From an uncultured Actinomycetota bacterium (lineage in GTDB: Bacteria; Actinomycetota; Actinomycetes; Propionibacteriales; Propionibacteriaceae), in NCBI GenBank assembly GCA_963726625.1, contig CAVSDA010000020.1:3508-67507 (forward strand): DNA of 64,000 nucleotides, read 5' to 3'. The notes under the pieces are model-generated. The model was not told where the DNA came from. It did no database searches and saw only the letters and a program-made list of their open reading frames with translations. The stretch's first letter is position 1. Every line of letters starts with the position of its first letter. Below, piece by piece: positions 1-9,226 of this stretch. A program made the position numbers and the translations under genes.

Positions 1-1323
1 ATCAACGGCTGCCAGCCGAGCGACTACCCCTTCCTCTGCGACTACGTGTACCGCTCCCTCACCCAGACGCCGAGCCTGGGTGCCACCGTCGAAGAACGCG
101 TCGACGCCATCAAGCGCGGCGGTCTGACGGTGACCACCGCGATCGACCCCAAGACCCAGAACGCCATCCAGAAGCAGGTGAGCGACGTGGTCGGGCCGAC
201 CGACCCGGTGATCGCCGCCATGGACATGATCGAGCCGGGCACCGGACTGATCGTGGCGATGGCGCAGAGCCGGCCGGTGATGGGTTCGGACATCAAGGCG
301 GGCGAAACCTACTGGAACTACTCGGTCACCCCCGAGATGGGCGGCGCGCAGGGCTTCCAGGCCGGCTCCACCTTCAAGGCCTTCACCGCGGCGGCGGCGC
401 TCGAAAAGGGCATCCCGCTGTCCAAGCGGTACGACGCCCGCTCCACGATGGATTTCTCCGACGCGCCGTTCGACAGCTGCCAGGGCCGCACCCAGGTCAG
501 CGGCAACTGGAAGGTGAGCAACTCCACCGGCACCAACGGCGTGATGGACATGTACCGGGCCGCCGAGCGGTCGGTGAACACCTACTTCGTCCAACTCGCG
601 CTCGATGTCGGGCTGTGCGATGTGGTCACCATGGCCGAGAAGCTCGGCGTGGAGTCCAGTACGGCGGCGGCGCCGATCAGCTCCTACGACGACAAGCCGT
701 CGGTCACCCTCGGCACGGTCGAGGTCAGCCCGCTGTCCATGGCCGAGGCGTACGCGACGTTCGCCTCCGGCGGGGTGCACTGCGACCCGATCATCATCGA
801 CACCATCACCGACGGCACCGGCCAGCCGCGTGAGGCGCCCAGCGCCAACTGCGAGCGGGTCATCTCCCAGGACGTGGCGGCGGCCATGAACTCGCTCCTG
901 TCGCGGGTGATGACCGACGGCACCGGCCAGCGGGCGGCAGTTTCGGGCAGTCGGGCTCAAGCCGGCAAGACGGGCACCATCGACAGCAACGCCGCCGTCT
1001 GGTTCGTGGGCTACACCCCGCGGATCGCCGGCGCCGCCATGATCAGCATCGACAACCAGCGCAAACCCTTCCTCCGCTCCGCGGGGGGTGGATACCGGGC
1101 AGGACTCAAGGGCTACACCGTGCCCTCGACCGGCAAGCTGCTGGAAGGGTCGGGCAGCGGGGACGCCGGTCAGGAGATCTGGAAGCCGGCGATGGCGTCC
1201 TACCTCAAGGGCACCACTGCCCAGCTGTTCGACTACCCCCCGGACGAGCTGGTCTACGGCCAGCAGCAGTACGCCCGTGGATCCTGGGACCGCTTCGGAT
1301 CGAACTCGCGCCAGCGCCGGTAG
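1..1323 (+). CDS. Penicillin-binding protein, transpeptidase domain (5' part outside window)
   Basis: Frame open from base 1; SxxK (GSTFK), SxN (SVN) and KTG (AGKTGT) transpeptidase motifs. Confidence 0.9.
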   Translation: MNGCQPSDYPFLCDYVYRSLTQTPSLGATVEERVDAIKRGGLTVTTAIDPKTQNAIQKQVSDVVGPTDPVIAAMDMIEPGTGLIVAMAQSRPVMGSDIKAGETYWNYSVTPEMGGAQGFQAGSTFKAFTAAAALEKGIPLSKRYDARSTMDFSDAPFDSCQGRTQVSGNWKVSNSTGTNGVMDMYRAAERSVNTYFVQLALDVGLCDVVTMAEKLGVESSTAAAPISSYDDKPSVTLGTVEVSPLSMAEAYATFASGGVHCDPIIIDTITDGTGQPREAPSANCERVISQDVAAAMNSLLSRVMTDGTGQRAAVSGSRAQAGKTGTIDSNAAVWFVGYTPRIAGAAMISIDNQRKPFLRSAGGGYRAGLKGYTVPSTGKLLEGSGSGDAGQEIWKPAMASYLKGTTAQLFDYPPDELVYGQQQYARGSWDRFGSNSRQRR

Positions 1324-1371
1324 CGGTCGCCGCAACGGCTGATCCTCGGTCGCGCGCCGGCCCGCCTCCGT

Positions 1372-1998
1372 TCATGGCAGGTGCAGCACGATCTCCTGGT
1401 CAGGCTCGAGGCGCAGCGCCATCGGGTCGCCGTCGGCGGGACTTCCGTTGATCGTCAGCGTCATGTTCTGGCCGGTCTTGGCCTGCACGCCGCCGATCTG
1501 GGTGGGGGTCACCTTCACGCCCCACTGGATGAACAGCTGGCCGAGGGTGAAGACGTCGCCGGTCCGGTCGGCCTCGATGTGAATCGTCCCGTCCGGCTCG
1601 TGGGTGTGCAGGGCCGACATGGCGCCGGTGGCCGGATCGACGCCGATGTTGGCCGCCACCGGTACGTCGGTGCCGCTGACGACGATCCGCAGGTGCGGGT
1701 GGTAGTGCTCGGCCATCCCCATCGGGCCGAGGTCGAGCCCGGCGCTCGCCGCCCGAGCGGCCACATCGGAAGGCGCCGGCCACGGCGGCAGAGAGGTCCC
1801 GTCCAACTCAGCCGGCCGGACCACGCCGGGGCTCGCCTGGTCTGCCTTCGGCGCCTCGGGCACGCTGGTGCCGCCACAGGCGGCGACGAAGGTGGCGGAA
1901 CAGGCGACGAGGACCACAGCGGCACCTGTTCGCTGCGAGCGCGGCTTGACGATCGAACTGATGACGGGCTCCTCGGCTGACGGCACATCGATCCGCAC
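1372..1998 (-). CDS. Uncharacterised His-motif lipoprotein (true start may be slightly downstream)
   Basis: Lipobox-like FVAAC; motifs EHYHPHL, LHTHEPDGTIHIE and FTLGQLF.QWG. Confidence 0.7.
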   Translation of the reverse strand: MRIDVPSAEEPVISSIVKPRSQRTGAAVVLVACSATFVAACGGTSVPEAPKADQASPGVVRPAELDGTSLPPWPAPSDVAARAASAGLDLGPMGMAEHYHPHLRIVVSGTDVPVAANIGVDPATGAMSALHTHEPDGTIHIEADRTGDVFTLGQLFIQWGVKVTPTQIGGVQAKTGQNMTLTINGSPADGDPMALRLEPDQEIVLHLP

Positions 1999-2078
1999 GG
2001 GGAGGGGTGACTCGGCTACTGAGGATGGTGACGGCGAATCCGAGCCTCAGCGCCATGGCCGGCTCCCCGGGCTCAGGG

Positions 2079-2118
2079 ACGAACACCTAGGATATCCGCA
2101 CGTTCGTACGCCTATGCT
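2079..2118 (+). promoter_or_regulatory. Candidate ArsR/SmtB operator plus -10 element
   Basis: ACGAAC...GTTCGT inverted repeat around a GGATATCC palindrome (2079-2107); TATGCT at 2113-2118. Confidence 0.4.
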
Positions 2119-2137
2119 CCCCGAGGGAGGACCCTGG

Positions 2138-2518
2138 ATGGCAACGCCCGCCTCGAAGCTCGACGCCGAGCTCGGGCACCGGCACCCGGTCGATCCTGAG
2201 CGCGTGGCTGCGGCCCGATCCCACGTGCTGTCGGTCGAGGACGCCTCGCGGCTGGCGACGCTCCTGGCTTTGATGGCGGACCCGATGCGGGTCCGCGTTC
2301 TCTACGCCCTCGACACCGTCGACGAGCTGTGCGTGGGCGACCTGGTGCTGGTGCTGGACGCCTCGCTGGACTCCGTGGGCTATGCGCTGCGGATGTTGCG
2401 GACGGCTGGGCTCGTGGTCAACCGTCGGGCTGGGCGAGTCATCCACTACCGCCTGGCCGACGACTTCCCCGCCCCCCTCCGAGAGCACTGTCTGCGCCGT
2501 TTGCTCGAACTCAACTGA
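2138..2518 (+). CDS. ArsR/SmtB family metal-sensing repressor
   Basis: GGAGG RBS; ADPMRVRVL, ELCVGDL and LRMLRTAGLV..RR.GR.IHYRL winged-helix motifs. Confidence 0.9.
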   Translation: MATPASKLDAELGHRHPVDPERVAAARSHVLSVEDASRLATLLALMADPMRVRVLYALDTVDELCVGDLVLVLDASLDSVGYALRMLRTAGLVVNRRAGRVIHYRLADDFPAPLREHCLRRLLELN

Positions 2519-2538
2519 CCATAAGGAGATCGACCGCA

Positions 2539-3171
2539 ATGCCCATCATCAGGTTCAAGCTCATCGCCCCGGCCGCGGCCCTCGGGCTCTCCCTCGTCGT
2601 GTCCGGCTGCGGTTCGTCGAATGATCACGACATGGGCTCGATGTCATCGCCCTCCTCGGCAGCCTCGTCAGCCTCGTCGAGCCCGGCAGCGTCGTCCACC
2701 CCGGCATCAGGACCGCACAACGACGCTGACGTGATGTTCGCCTCGATGATGATCCCGCACCACAATCAGGCCATCGAGATGAGCGACCTGCTTCTCGCCA
2801 AGACCGGCGTCGACCCCACGGTCACGGCGCTGGCTCGAAAGATCAAGCAGGCCCAGGGTCCCGAGGTGGCCCAGATGACCGGCTGGCTGACCGGCTGGGG
2901 GGCGGATCCCAGCATGGGCGGGATGGACCACGGCAGTGGCGATGACGGGATGATGAGCCAGGCCGACATGGATGCGCTCAAAGATGCTGAAGGCGCCAAG
3001 GCGACCACCCTGTTTCTTGACGGCATGATCGAGCACCACAACGGGGCGATCGCCATGGCACAGACCGAACTCGACCAGGGCACGAACCCCGAGGCCAAGA
3101 AGCTGGCTCAGGCCATCATCGACGCCCAACAAGCCGAGATCACCGAGATGAAGCAGCTCGGCGGTAGCTGA
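2539..3171 (+). CDS. DUF305 (CopM-like) lipoprotein
   Basis: AAGGAG RBS; lipobox VVSGC; twin MIPHH.QA and MIEHH.GA motifs; Met/His-rich linkers. Confidence 0.9.
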   Translation: MPIIRFKLIAPAAALGLSLVVSGCGSSNDHDMGSMSSPSSAASSASSSPAASSTPASGPHNDADVMFASMMIPHHNQAIEMSDLLLAKTGVDPTVTALARKIKQAQGPEVAQMTGWLTGWGADPSMGGMDHGSGDDGMMSQADMDALKDAEGAKATTLFLDGMIEHHNGAIAMAQTELDQGTNPEAKKLAQAIIDAQQAEITEMKQLGGS

Positions 3172-3211
3172 GCCTGGCGTCGGTCCTGGCCCCGAGATTT
3201 TCTCTGGCGGC

Positions 3212-4645
3212 TCAGTGGCACCAGTCCACGCCGAAACCCGGCACGCTGCGGCTGGCGTCACCGGTCGCGGTGTCCAGGAACACCGTCCTCGTACCGGCAT
3301 AGCCGGGGACCGAGCCGTAGCCGTCGGGGGCGGCGCCGGGCGGGATGGTCTCCACGGCCAGGTACTGGGCGTTCGGTGACAGGCAGACCCGCGGGATCCG
3401 GGCGGCCGGCGGGGTCGGCAGGAAGAGCTCGGCGATCTTCCCGTCCTGGAGAGTCACGACCGAGAAGTGCAGGTTCCCGTCCACCAGGCCGGCGAGCAGT
3501 CCGATGTAGCCGCGTTCGCCGCCGAGATCCAGCAGCCGGTACAGCGCCGAGGTGGTGGGCAGGTCGACCCCGCTGAGCGGGCTGATCACCCCCGTGGTCA
3601 GGTCGATGGACTTGAACTCGCCGATGTCGTCGACGATCAGCGTGGCGCTGTCGCCCACGAAGGAGTGCATCTTGGTGTGCCCGCCGAGCGGCTGCGCGGG
3701 CGTACCGGCGATCGGGTCGACCACGTACAGCGACGAGTCGGCCGTCTGCACCACCACCGCCCGGGTGCCGGGCACGAACATCCAGTCCTGCGGATCCAGC
3801 GGCGAGCCGTCCAGCCCGACGGCGCCGACCAGGGTGCCGTCCCCGGCGGGATCGAACAGCTTCAGCTGGACCGTGCCCGCATCCGGCCCGCTTCGCGGGG
3901 TGAGGGCGAAGCCGAAGATCCCGCCGGACCCGGACGACTTCAGCTGGGTGATGGAGGCATCGTCGACCACCGTCCGCCGCTCCCCCGAGCTCACCCGGCC
4001 GACGGTCAACGAGCCCACGTTCTCCTCGGTCAGGGTGACCACGGCCAGCTCCGGATCGGCCAACGCGAACTCCTGGATCCGCGGGTCCGCCATCAGGATC
4101 TGGCGCTGGTCCGAGCCGATCACCGTACGGACGATCTCGTCGCTGCCGCCGCCGTCCTGCACGCCTGCCCGCTGCAGCAGGAACACCCCGGCGCCGGGGG
4201 TGCGCAGCGCGTACGTGAGGGTCGCTTCCGCGCCCGTGGTCACGCTGCGCACCGGGGCGACGACGTCGTAGCGGGTCTCGTACGCGAGCGGAACGCCGAA
4301 TCGCAGCACGATCGAGGCCTGTTCGACGACCACCTCGTACGGCACCGCGGGGGTCACCGAGACCAGGGCCGGGTCGAGGGGCTCGATCCGCTGGTCGAGC
4401 CGGAGCACCAGCCGCTGCCCCGCACGCTCGACGCTCGCCCGCGCGTTCACCTCCGCGCTCACCAGGCGTGGGCCCTGGACAGCGTTCGCCACGGTCAGTC
4501 CGGCGGCCGCGACCACCAGCGCGATGATCGTCACCCCCACCGCCAGCCGGAAGCGCCGCTGTTCCCCGGGGGCCTCGGCTGCGGGGATCGCGTCCAGGAC
4601 AGCCGGCAGTCCCGTCCGGGCGGTCGAGCCCGTCTCAGAAGACAT
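3212..4645 (-). CDS. Membrane-anchored extracytoplasmic protein (possible Ig-like plus beta-propeller domains)
   Basis: Single N-terminal TM helix, beta-rich body, overlaps stop of the upstream TIGR03943-like gene. Confidence 0.65.
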   Translation of the reverse strand: MSSETGSTARTGLPAVLDAIPAAEAPGEQRRFRLAVGVTIIALVVAAAGLTVANAVQGPRLVSAEVNARASVERAGQRLVLRLDQRIEPLDPALVSVTPAVPYEVVVEQASIVLRFGVPLAYETRYDVVAPVRSVTTGAEATLTYALRTPGAGVFLLQRAGVQDGGGSDEIVRTVIGSDQRQILMADPRIQEFALADPELAVVTLTEENVGSLTVGRVSSGERRTVVDDASITQLKSSGSGGIFGFALTPRSGPDAGTVQLKLFDPAGDGTLVGAVGLDGSPLDPQDWMFVPGTRAVVVQTADSSLYVVDPIAGTPAQPLGGHTKMHSFVGDSATLIVDDIGEFKSIDLTTGVISPLSGVDLPTTSALYRLLDLGGERGYIGLLAGLVDGNLHFSVVTLQDGKIAELFLPTPPAARIPRVCLSPNAQYLAVETIPPGAAPDGYGSVPGYAGTRTVFLDTATGDASRSVPGFGVDWCH

Positions 4646-5501
4646 ACGGCTGGTCGGGCTCGTCGATGGGAGTCAGCGTGTCGACAGCGATGACCGTGGG
4701 GTAGCGGCTGTCGGGGTCCGGGTTCTCCGCGAAGGTGCCCGTGAGCTCGATCCAGCCCCCCGGATCGAGTTCGCCGCGCCAGTTGGGCCGGTAGACCGGG
4801 ACGCCGATCGGCTGGGCGTCCACGGCGCAGCAGCTGACGATCAGCCGGACCGCGAAGAACACGTCCTTCTCGCCCTGGTCGAGCACGTACCCAGACACCG
4901 TGACCGGCCGGCGCAGGACGGCGTCGGGGCCGCCGTTGCGCAACAGTGCAGCCCAGTCCTTGACCGTGAACGTGGCCGGGTTGCCGCCGGAGAGCGCCTT
5001 CGTGTCCGCGGAGTCCAGCGCCTGGCCGGAGGTCACCAGCTCCCGGTTCTGCCGGGTCCGCGCGCTCAGGGTCGCGGGTGGGACGACGAGCAGGGCGAGC
5101 GCGGCGCACACCAGGATCAGCACCTGCGCCCCGCTGGCCAACCGCTGGCGCTCTGCCCGCCGCACCGGGCCGCGGAGAGGCCGCGGCTTCACCTTCGTGG
5201 TCGTGGGGGATCCTCGTGGTTGTGGCGGTCTTCGTGGTCGTGAGGGTCTTGCGTGGTCGTGGGGGTGGCGTTCGGGATGATCGTCGCCCGCGGCGTCCGA
5301 CCCGTCGCCGGCGGCCAGGACGACCGCGGCGGCGATCACGACCACCCCGGCGACCAGGGCCAGGCTGACGGTGAAGACCGTGTAGCGGGGGTGGATGTAG
5401 AGGGTCAGCTTCCCGGTCGCGGCCAGCCAGAGGGTGGCGACCACGCCGATCATGGTGAGGGCCGGGCCGATCCAGCGGCCGATGGCGGCGTCAGAGCGCA
5501 A
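4635..5501 (-). CDS. TIGR03943/DUF1980 (YcgQ-like) putative permease subunit
   Basis: LYIHPRY, RLIVSCCAVDAQP and C-terminal PDQPYVF motifs. Confidence 0.85.
   Translation of the reverse strand: MRSDAAIGRWIGPALTMIGVVATLWLAATGKLTLYIHPRYTVFTVSLALVAGVVVIAAAVVLAAGDGSDAAGDDHPERHPHDHARPSRPRRPPQPRGSPTTTKVKPRPLRGPVRRAERQRLASGAQVLILVCAALALLVVPPATLSARTRQNRELVTSGQALDSADTKALSGGNPATFTVKDWAALLRNGGPDAVLRRPVTVSGYVLDQGEKDVFFAVRLIVSCCAVDAQPIGVPVYRPNWRGELDPGGWIELTGTFAENPDPDSRYPTVIAVDTLTPIDEPDQPYVF
5194..5262 (-). repeat. About 4 x 18-bp tandem repeat encoding an HDHEDP His-rich loop
   Basis: Minus-strand unit CACGACCACGAAGACCCT; reading obscured by indels. Confidence 0.65.
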
Positions 5502-6564
5502 GGTTCACCGCCAGTCCGAGGACCGCCGTGCACAGCGCGACCAGAGCGGTGAGCAGGCCGAGCGTACGCGCGGTGAAGGTCGTCCGCAGCAGGGCGAGCA
5601 TCTTGACGTCGATCATCGGCCCGAACACCAGGAAGGCCACCACCGCCCCCGGGGTGAAGGTCGAGCCCAGCGAGAGCACGAAGAAGGCGTCCACGGTCGA
5701 GCAGATGGCGATCACGAAGGCCAGACCCATCAGGGCCAGCACCGACCACAGCGGATTCTGCCCGAGCAGCAGCAAGACGTCGCGGGAGACCGCCACCTGG
5801 ATCAGGCCGGCCACGGCGGCGCCGACGAACAGGGCGGGCAGCATGGCGCTGGTCTCGGCAGCGAACATCCGCAGCGCCTGGGCCCTCTTGTCCCCCGCGC
5901 CCGGCTCGTGGGCCGAGCACGCGTCCTGGAAGGCGGGGGTCAACAGCTCCTGCGGGCGGCTGTGGCGGCTGAACAGCCAGCCGACCAGGTTGGCGATGAC
6001 GAATCCCCCGAGGACCCGCCAGGCGAGGATGCCGTCGGAGAAGCCGAACGCCTGGTAGGTCACCACGATGGTGATCGGATTCAGGATCGGGGCCGCGAGC
6101 AGGAACGTCATCGCGTCCGGCACGGTCAGCCCGCGCAGCACCAGTCCGCGGGCGAGCGGCACGTTTCCGCACTCGCACACGGGAAAGAGCACGCCCAGCA
6201 GCGACAGCGCCGCCCGACGAAGCATCGGGGTACGCGGCAGGATGCGGAAGAGCAACGTCTGGGGCAGCCAGAGCTGGACGACGACCGACAGGCTGATGCC
6301 CAGGATCACGAACGGCAGCGACTCGATGATGACGCTCAGCGACAGCGTGATGGCGTCCTGCACCGCATCGGCCAGGCCGAGCTCCTTCGGTGCGGTGATC
6401 CGGATCGCGAACAGGATCCCCACCAGGGCGGCGATCACCGCTGCCCGGCGCGCCGCCAGCCGCGTCGGCGGACCATGGTCCGGCCTCAGCATGGTCGGCA
6501 GCCCGCCGACCGGGCGCTCGGTCACGGGCCTTAGATTAGTCCACCATCGGGCCGAATCGCTCAC
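5491..6564 (-). CDS. DUF318 (YcgR-like) predicted permease; start uncertain
   Basis: ESLPF, FPVCECG.VP, AAPILNP, AICSTVDAF and GPMIDVK motifs. Confidence 0.88.
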   Translation of the reverse strand: MSDSARWWTNLRPVTERPVGGLPTMLRPDHGPPTRLAARRAAVIAALVGILFAIRITAPKELGLADAVQDAITLSLSVIIESLPFVILGISLSVVVQLWLPQTLLFRILPRTPMLRRAALSLLGVLFPVCECGNVPLARGLVLRGLTVPDAMTFLLAAPILNPITIVVTYQAFGFSDGILAWRVLGGFVIANLVGWLFSRHSRPQELLTPAFQDACSAHEPGAGDKRAQALRMFAAETSAMLPALFVGAAVAGLIQVAVSRDVLLLLGQNPLWSVLALMGLAFVIAICSTVDAFFVLSLGSTFTPGAVVAFLVFGPMIDVKMLALLRTTFTARTLGLLTALVALCTAVLGLAVNLAL

Positions 6565-6601
6565 GCCTCGATGGCGCCGCCCCCGGGCCCGGATTCGCGT
6601 T

Positions 6602-6630
6602 TTCGCCGGGTCTGTCTCCTGCGCTATAGT
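6602..6630 (+). promoter_or_regulatory. Housekeeping-type promoter for the tRNA pair
   Basis: TTCGCC-17 nt-TATAGT about 40 nt upstream of tRNA-Asp. Confidence 0.55.
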
Positions 6631-6671
6631 TTCGCGGGCGCCTGGAGAGGTGCAGATGCCTGGGCCGGCAA

Positions 6672-6745
6672 GGCCCCGTAGCGCAGTTGGTTAGCGCGCC
6701 GCCCTGTCACGGCGGAGGTCGCGGGTTCGAGTCCCGTCGGGGTCG
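6672..6745 (+). tRNA. tRNA-Asp (GTC)
   Basis: Acceptor stem GGCCCCG/CGGGGTC, anticodon loop CTGTCAC, T-loop TTCGAGT; CCA not encoded. Confidence 0.97.
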
Positions 6746-6832
6746 CGGAAGCGGTGTCATCCACACAGGGTGCACCGCTTCGATCGATCGCTTCCTCTCC
6801 CGGAGGCGCTGCCTCCTGCCCGCGGAGGCGAT

Positions 6833-6906
6833 GGCCAGGTAGCTCAGTTGGTAGCAGCGTTCGCCTGAAAAGTGAAAGGTCGCCGGTTCGAACCCGGCCC
6901 TGGCCA
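6833..6906 (+). tRNA. tRNA-Phe (GAA)
   Basis: Acceptor stem GGCCAGG/CCTGGCC, anticodon loop CTGAAAA, T-loop TTCGAAC; one D-stem irregularity. Confidence 0.93.
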
Positions 6907-6988
6907 CCCTCTTTTGCCTTGCCGCGTCGTCGGCGATGCGGTCGCGCCGGATCGGACGATCCCGACGTAAAGCCGACCCCGGCCCCGT

Positions 6989-7016
6989 GCATCCGGTCTC
7001 CCCCTCGACTCCGAAT
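6989..7016 (+). promoter_or_regulatory. SigK-type ECF promoter (autoregulatory)
   Basis: GCATCC-16 nt-CCGAAT resembles the mycobacterial SigK consensus CCATCC...CCGAA. Confidence 0.55.
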
Positions 7017-7139
7017 CACCTACAGGTGTGAGGAAGTCACCAGCGTTGCAGACGTGTCGGCAAGCCCCGGATGGGTAGGGTGAAGCTCACCGCGACGCAG
7101 CGCGGGTGATCAGCTCACACCACGGAAGGGACCAGCGTC

Positions 7140-7697
7140 GTGACCGCCTTTTCAGACGAAGAGCGGGACGATCTGGCCAAACGATTCCTGGCTGGAGAGG
7201 AGCTGGCACTCGAAGAGATCTACCGTCGCTACTCGGCACTGGTCTACACGGTCGCCCTGCGCTCTCTCGGCGAGACGACCGAGGCCGAGGACGTCACGCA
7301 GAAGGTGTTCTCCGCGGCCTGGACGGGCCGGAAGAACTACAAGCCGGATCGCGCCAGCGTCGCGGCGTGGCTGCTCGGCATCACCCGGAACAAGGTGGTG
7401 GACGCGCACCAGGCCCGTGGCAAGCAGCGCCGCATCCAGTCCGAGCTCGCGGTCAGCGTCGACCCGCCCCGCGACTCGATCGACGTCGCCGACCGGTTGA
7501 TCCTGGCCGACGAGATCTCCCGCCTCGACGAGGTTCCTCAGCGCGTACTGCGGATGGCGTTCTTCGAGGACCTGACCCACGCCCAGATCGCGGAGCGGCT
7601 GCAGATGCCGCCGGGCACCGTGAAAAGTCACATCCGACGAAGCCTCATCAAACTCAAGCGCCGAATGGAGGTCTGGACCGATGCATACGAGTCCTGA
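7140..7697 (+). CDS. sigK: ECF RNA polymerase sigma factor, SigK-like
   Basis: Region 2 (AEDVTQKVF..AW, AWLLGITRN) and region 4 (LTHAQIAERLQMPPGTVKS); anti-sigma gene follows. Confidence 0.85.
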   Translation: MTAFSDEERDDLAKRFLAGEELALEEIYRRYSALVYTVALRSLGETTEAEDVTQKVFSAAWTGRKNYKPDRASVAAWLLGITRNKVVDAHQARGKQRRIQSELAVSVDPPRDSIDVADRLILADEISRLDEVPQRVLRMAFFEDLTHAQIAERLQMPPGTVKSHIRRSLIKLKRRMEVWTDAYES

Positions 7698-8436
7698 CGT
7701 TCTGGCGCTCCTTGCCCTCGGGGAGGAGATCGACCCCGCCGAGCGCGACCACGTCCACACCTGCCCGATCTGCCACGCCGAATTCACCGAGATCGAACGC
7801 GTGGTCGGGGTCGGTCGCACCGTCGAACCGGACGACTTCCTCCGCGAGCCGCCGGCGGCCGTCTGGGAGGCCATCCGCGCCGAGTTGGGCTTCGGCCAGT
7901 CCTCGCCTTCCGCCACCGCAGGCGCCGTCGGCAGTGCCCCGCAGGTCGCCGCCCCCAGCTACGGAGGCCCCCGAGTCGTCCCGGCGTCAGGCGAGGTGGC
8001 CGCCGCATCCTCTCCCTCGCCCTGGCCGCCGCGCTGGCCCTGATCGTCGGGGTGGGCGTCGGGATCGGGGTCAGCGGACGGCTGCAGCCCGAGGGGCAGG
8101 TGATCAAGCGCGCCGATCTGGAGGCCCTGCCCACGTGGCCGGGCTGGCGCGGAGCGGCCCGGGTCGTCCAGGACGACGACGGCAACCGCGAACTCATCGT
8201 CAATCTGAATCTGCCCGAGCCCCTGACCGGCAGCCGCCAGGTGTGGCTCCTCGACACCAAGGCCGAGACGATGAGCTCGATGGGCTTCCTCCGACCGGAC
8301 GGCAGCGGGCGGTGGCCGATCCCGCAGTGGATCGACCTGGCCCAGTATCCGGTGGTGGACGTCTCCGAGGAACCGGCGTTCGACCGGGACGTGGCGCACT
8401 CGAGCGAATTCGATCGTCCGCGGCAACCTCAGCTGA
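7681..8436 (+). CDS. rskA: Anti-sigma factor, RskA-like (two apparent frameshifts, about 8020 and 8410)
   Basis: HVHTCPIC zinc motif, PPAAVWEAI, TM helix, QVWLL and VVDVSEEP...HS; corrected end SIVRGNLS* at 8436. Confidence 0.75.
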
Positions 8437-8464
8437 GAACGGTCTCACGGACGCGTCCGCCCTG

Positions 8465-9226
8465 GTGAACCAGACCTTCCTCAAACAGTCGCCGTCGGTG
8501 AGCACCGACTTCTACGCGGTCGAGGCCGCGGGGCTGCGCTGGCTCGCCGCCGCCGGACCCGGGGCGGCCCGCGTGGTCAGGGTGCACGCGGTCACCGAGC
8601 GCTCGATCGAACTCGAACGGCTGCACCCGGCCACAACCCACCCGCGCTGCCGCCGCGGCGTTCGGAGCGGCGCTGGCGGTGCTGCACGCCGCCGGAGCCC
8701 GCGCCTTCGGCCAGCCGCCCCAGGGGTGGTCCGGTGACGGCTACATCGGACGCCAGCCGCTGACCATGCGCCCGAGTTCGACCTGGGGTGCGTTCTACGC
8801 CGAGCAGCGCATGCTGCCCTTCGCCCGTGCCGCGCACGCTGCCGCTCACCTGAGCACGAAGGGGCATGGCGGCGGTGGAGCGGGTCGCCCCAGGCTCACC
8901 GCGGGAGACTTCGACGACGGCCGTCCCCCGGCCCGGATCCACGGCGACCTGTGGTCGGGCAACCTCGTCCACACCGACGCCGGCGTCGTGCTGATCGACC
9001 CGGCCGCACACGGCGGGCACGGGCTCACCGACCTGGCGATGCTGCACCTGTTCGGTACGCCGAACTGGCCACCGTCACGGCCGCGTACGTCGAGGCGGCC
9101 GGACTCGGCACGGGATGGCGCGAGTTGATCGGACTGCACCAGCTGCACCCGCTGCTGGTGCACGCCGTCAGCCACGGCCCCGCGTACGGCGCCGAAGCCG
9201 AGCAGATCGCCCGCCGTTACCGCTGA
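8465..9226 (+). CDS. Fructosamine kinase family protein (several frameshifts)
   Basis: EAAGLRWL, IHGDLWSGN, LIDPAAHGGH..TDLAML.LFG and QLHPLLVHA segments in successive frames. Confidence 0.85.

Noticed and set aside
6850-6862. D-stem mismatch in tRNA-Phe (GGTAGCAGCG)
   Set aside because: Deleting one C gives the canonical GGTAGAGCG; probably a sequencing error
1372-9226. tRNA-anchored genomic island
   Set aside because: No integrase and no duplicated tRNA 3' end found in the window
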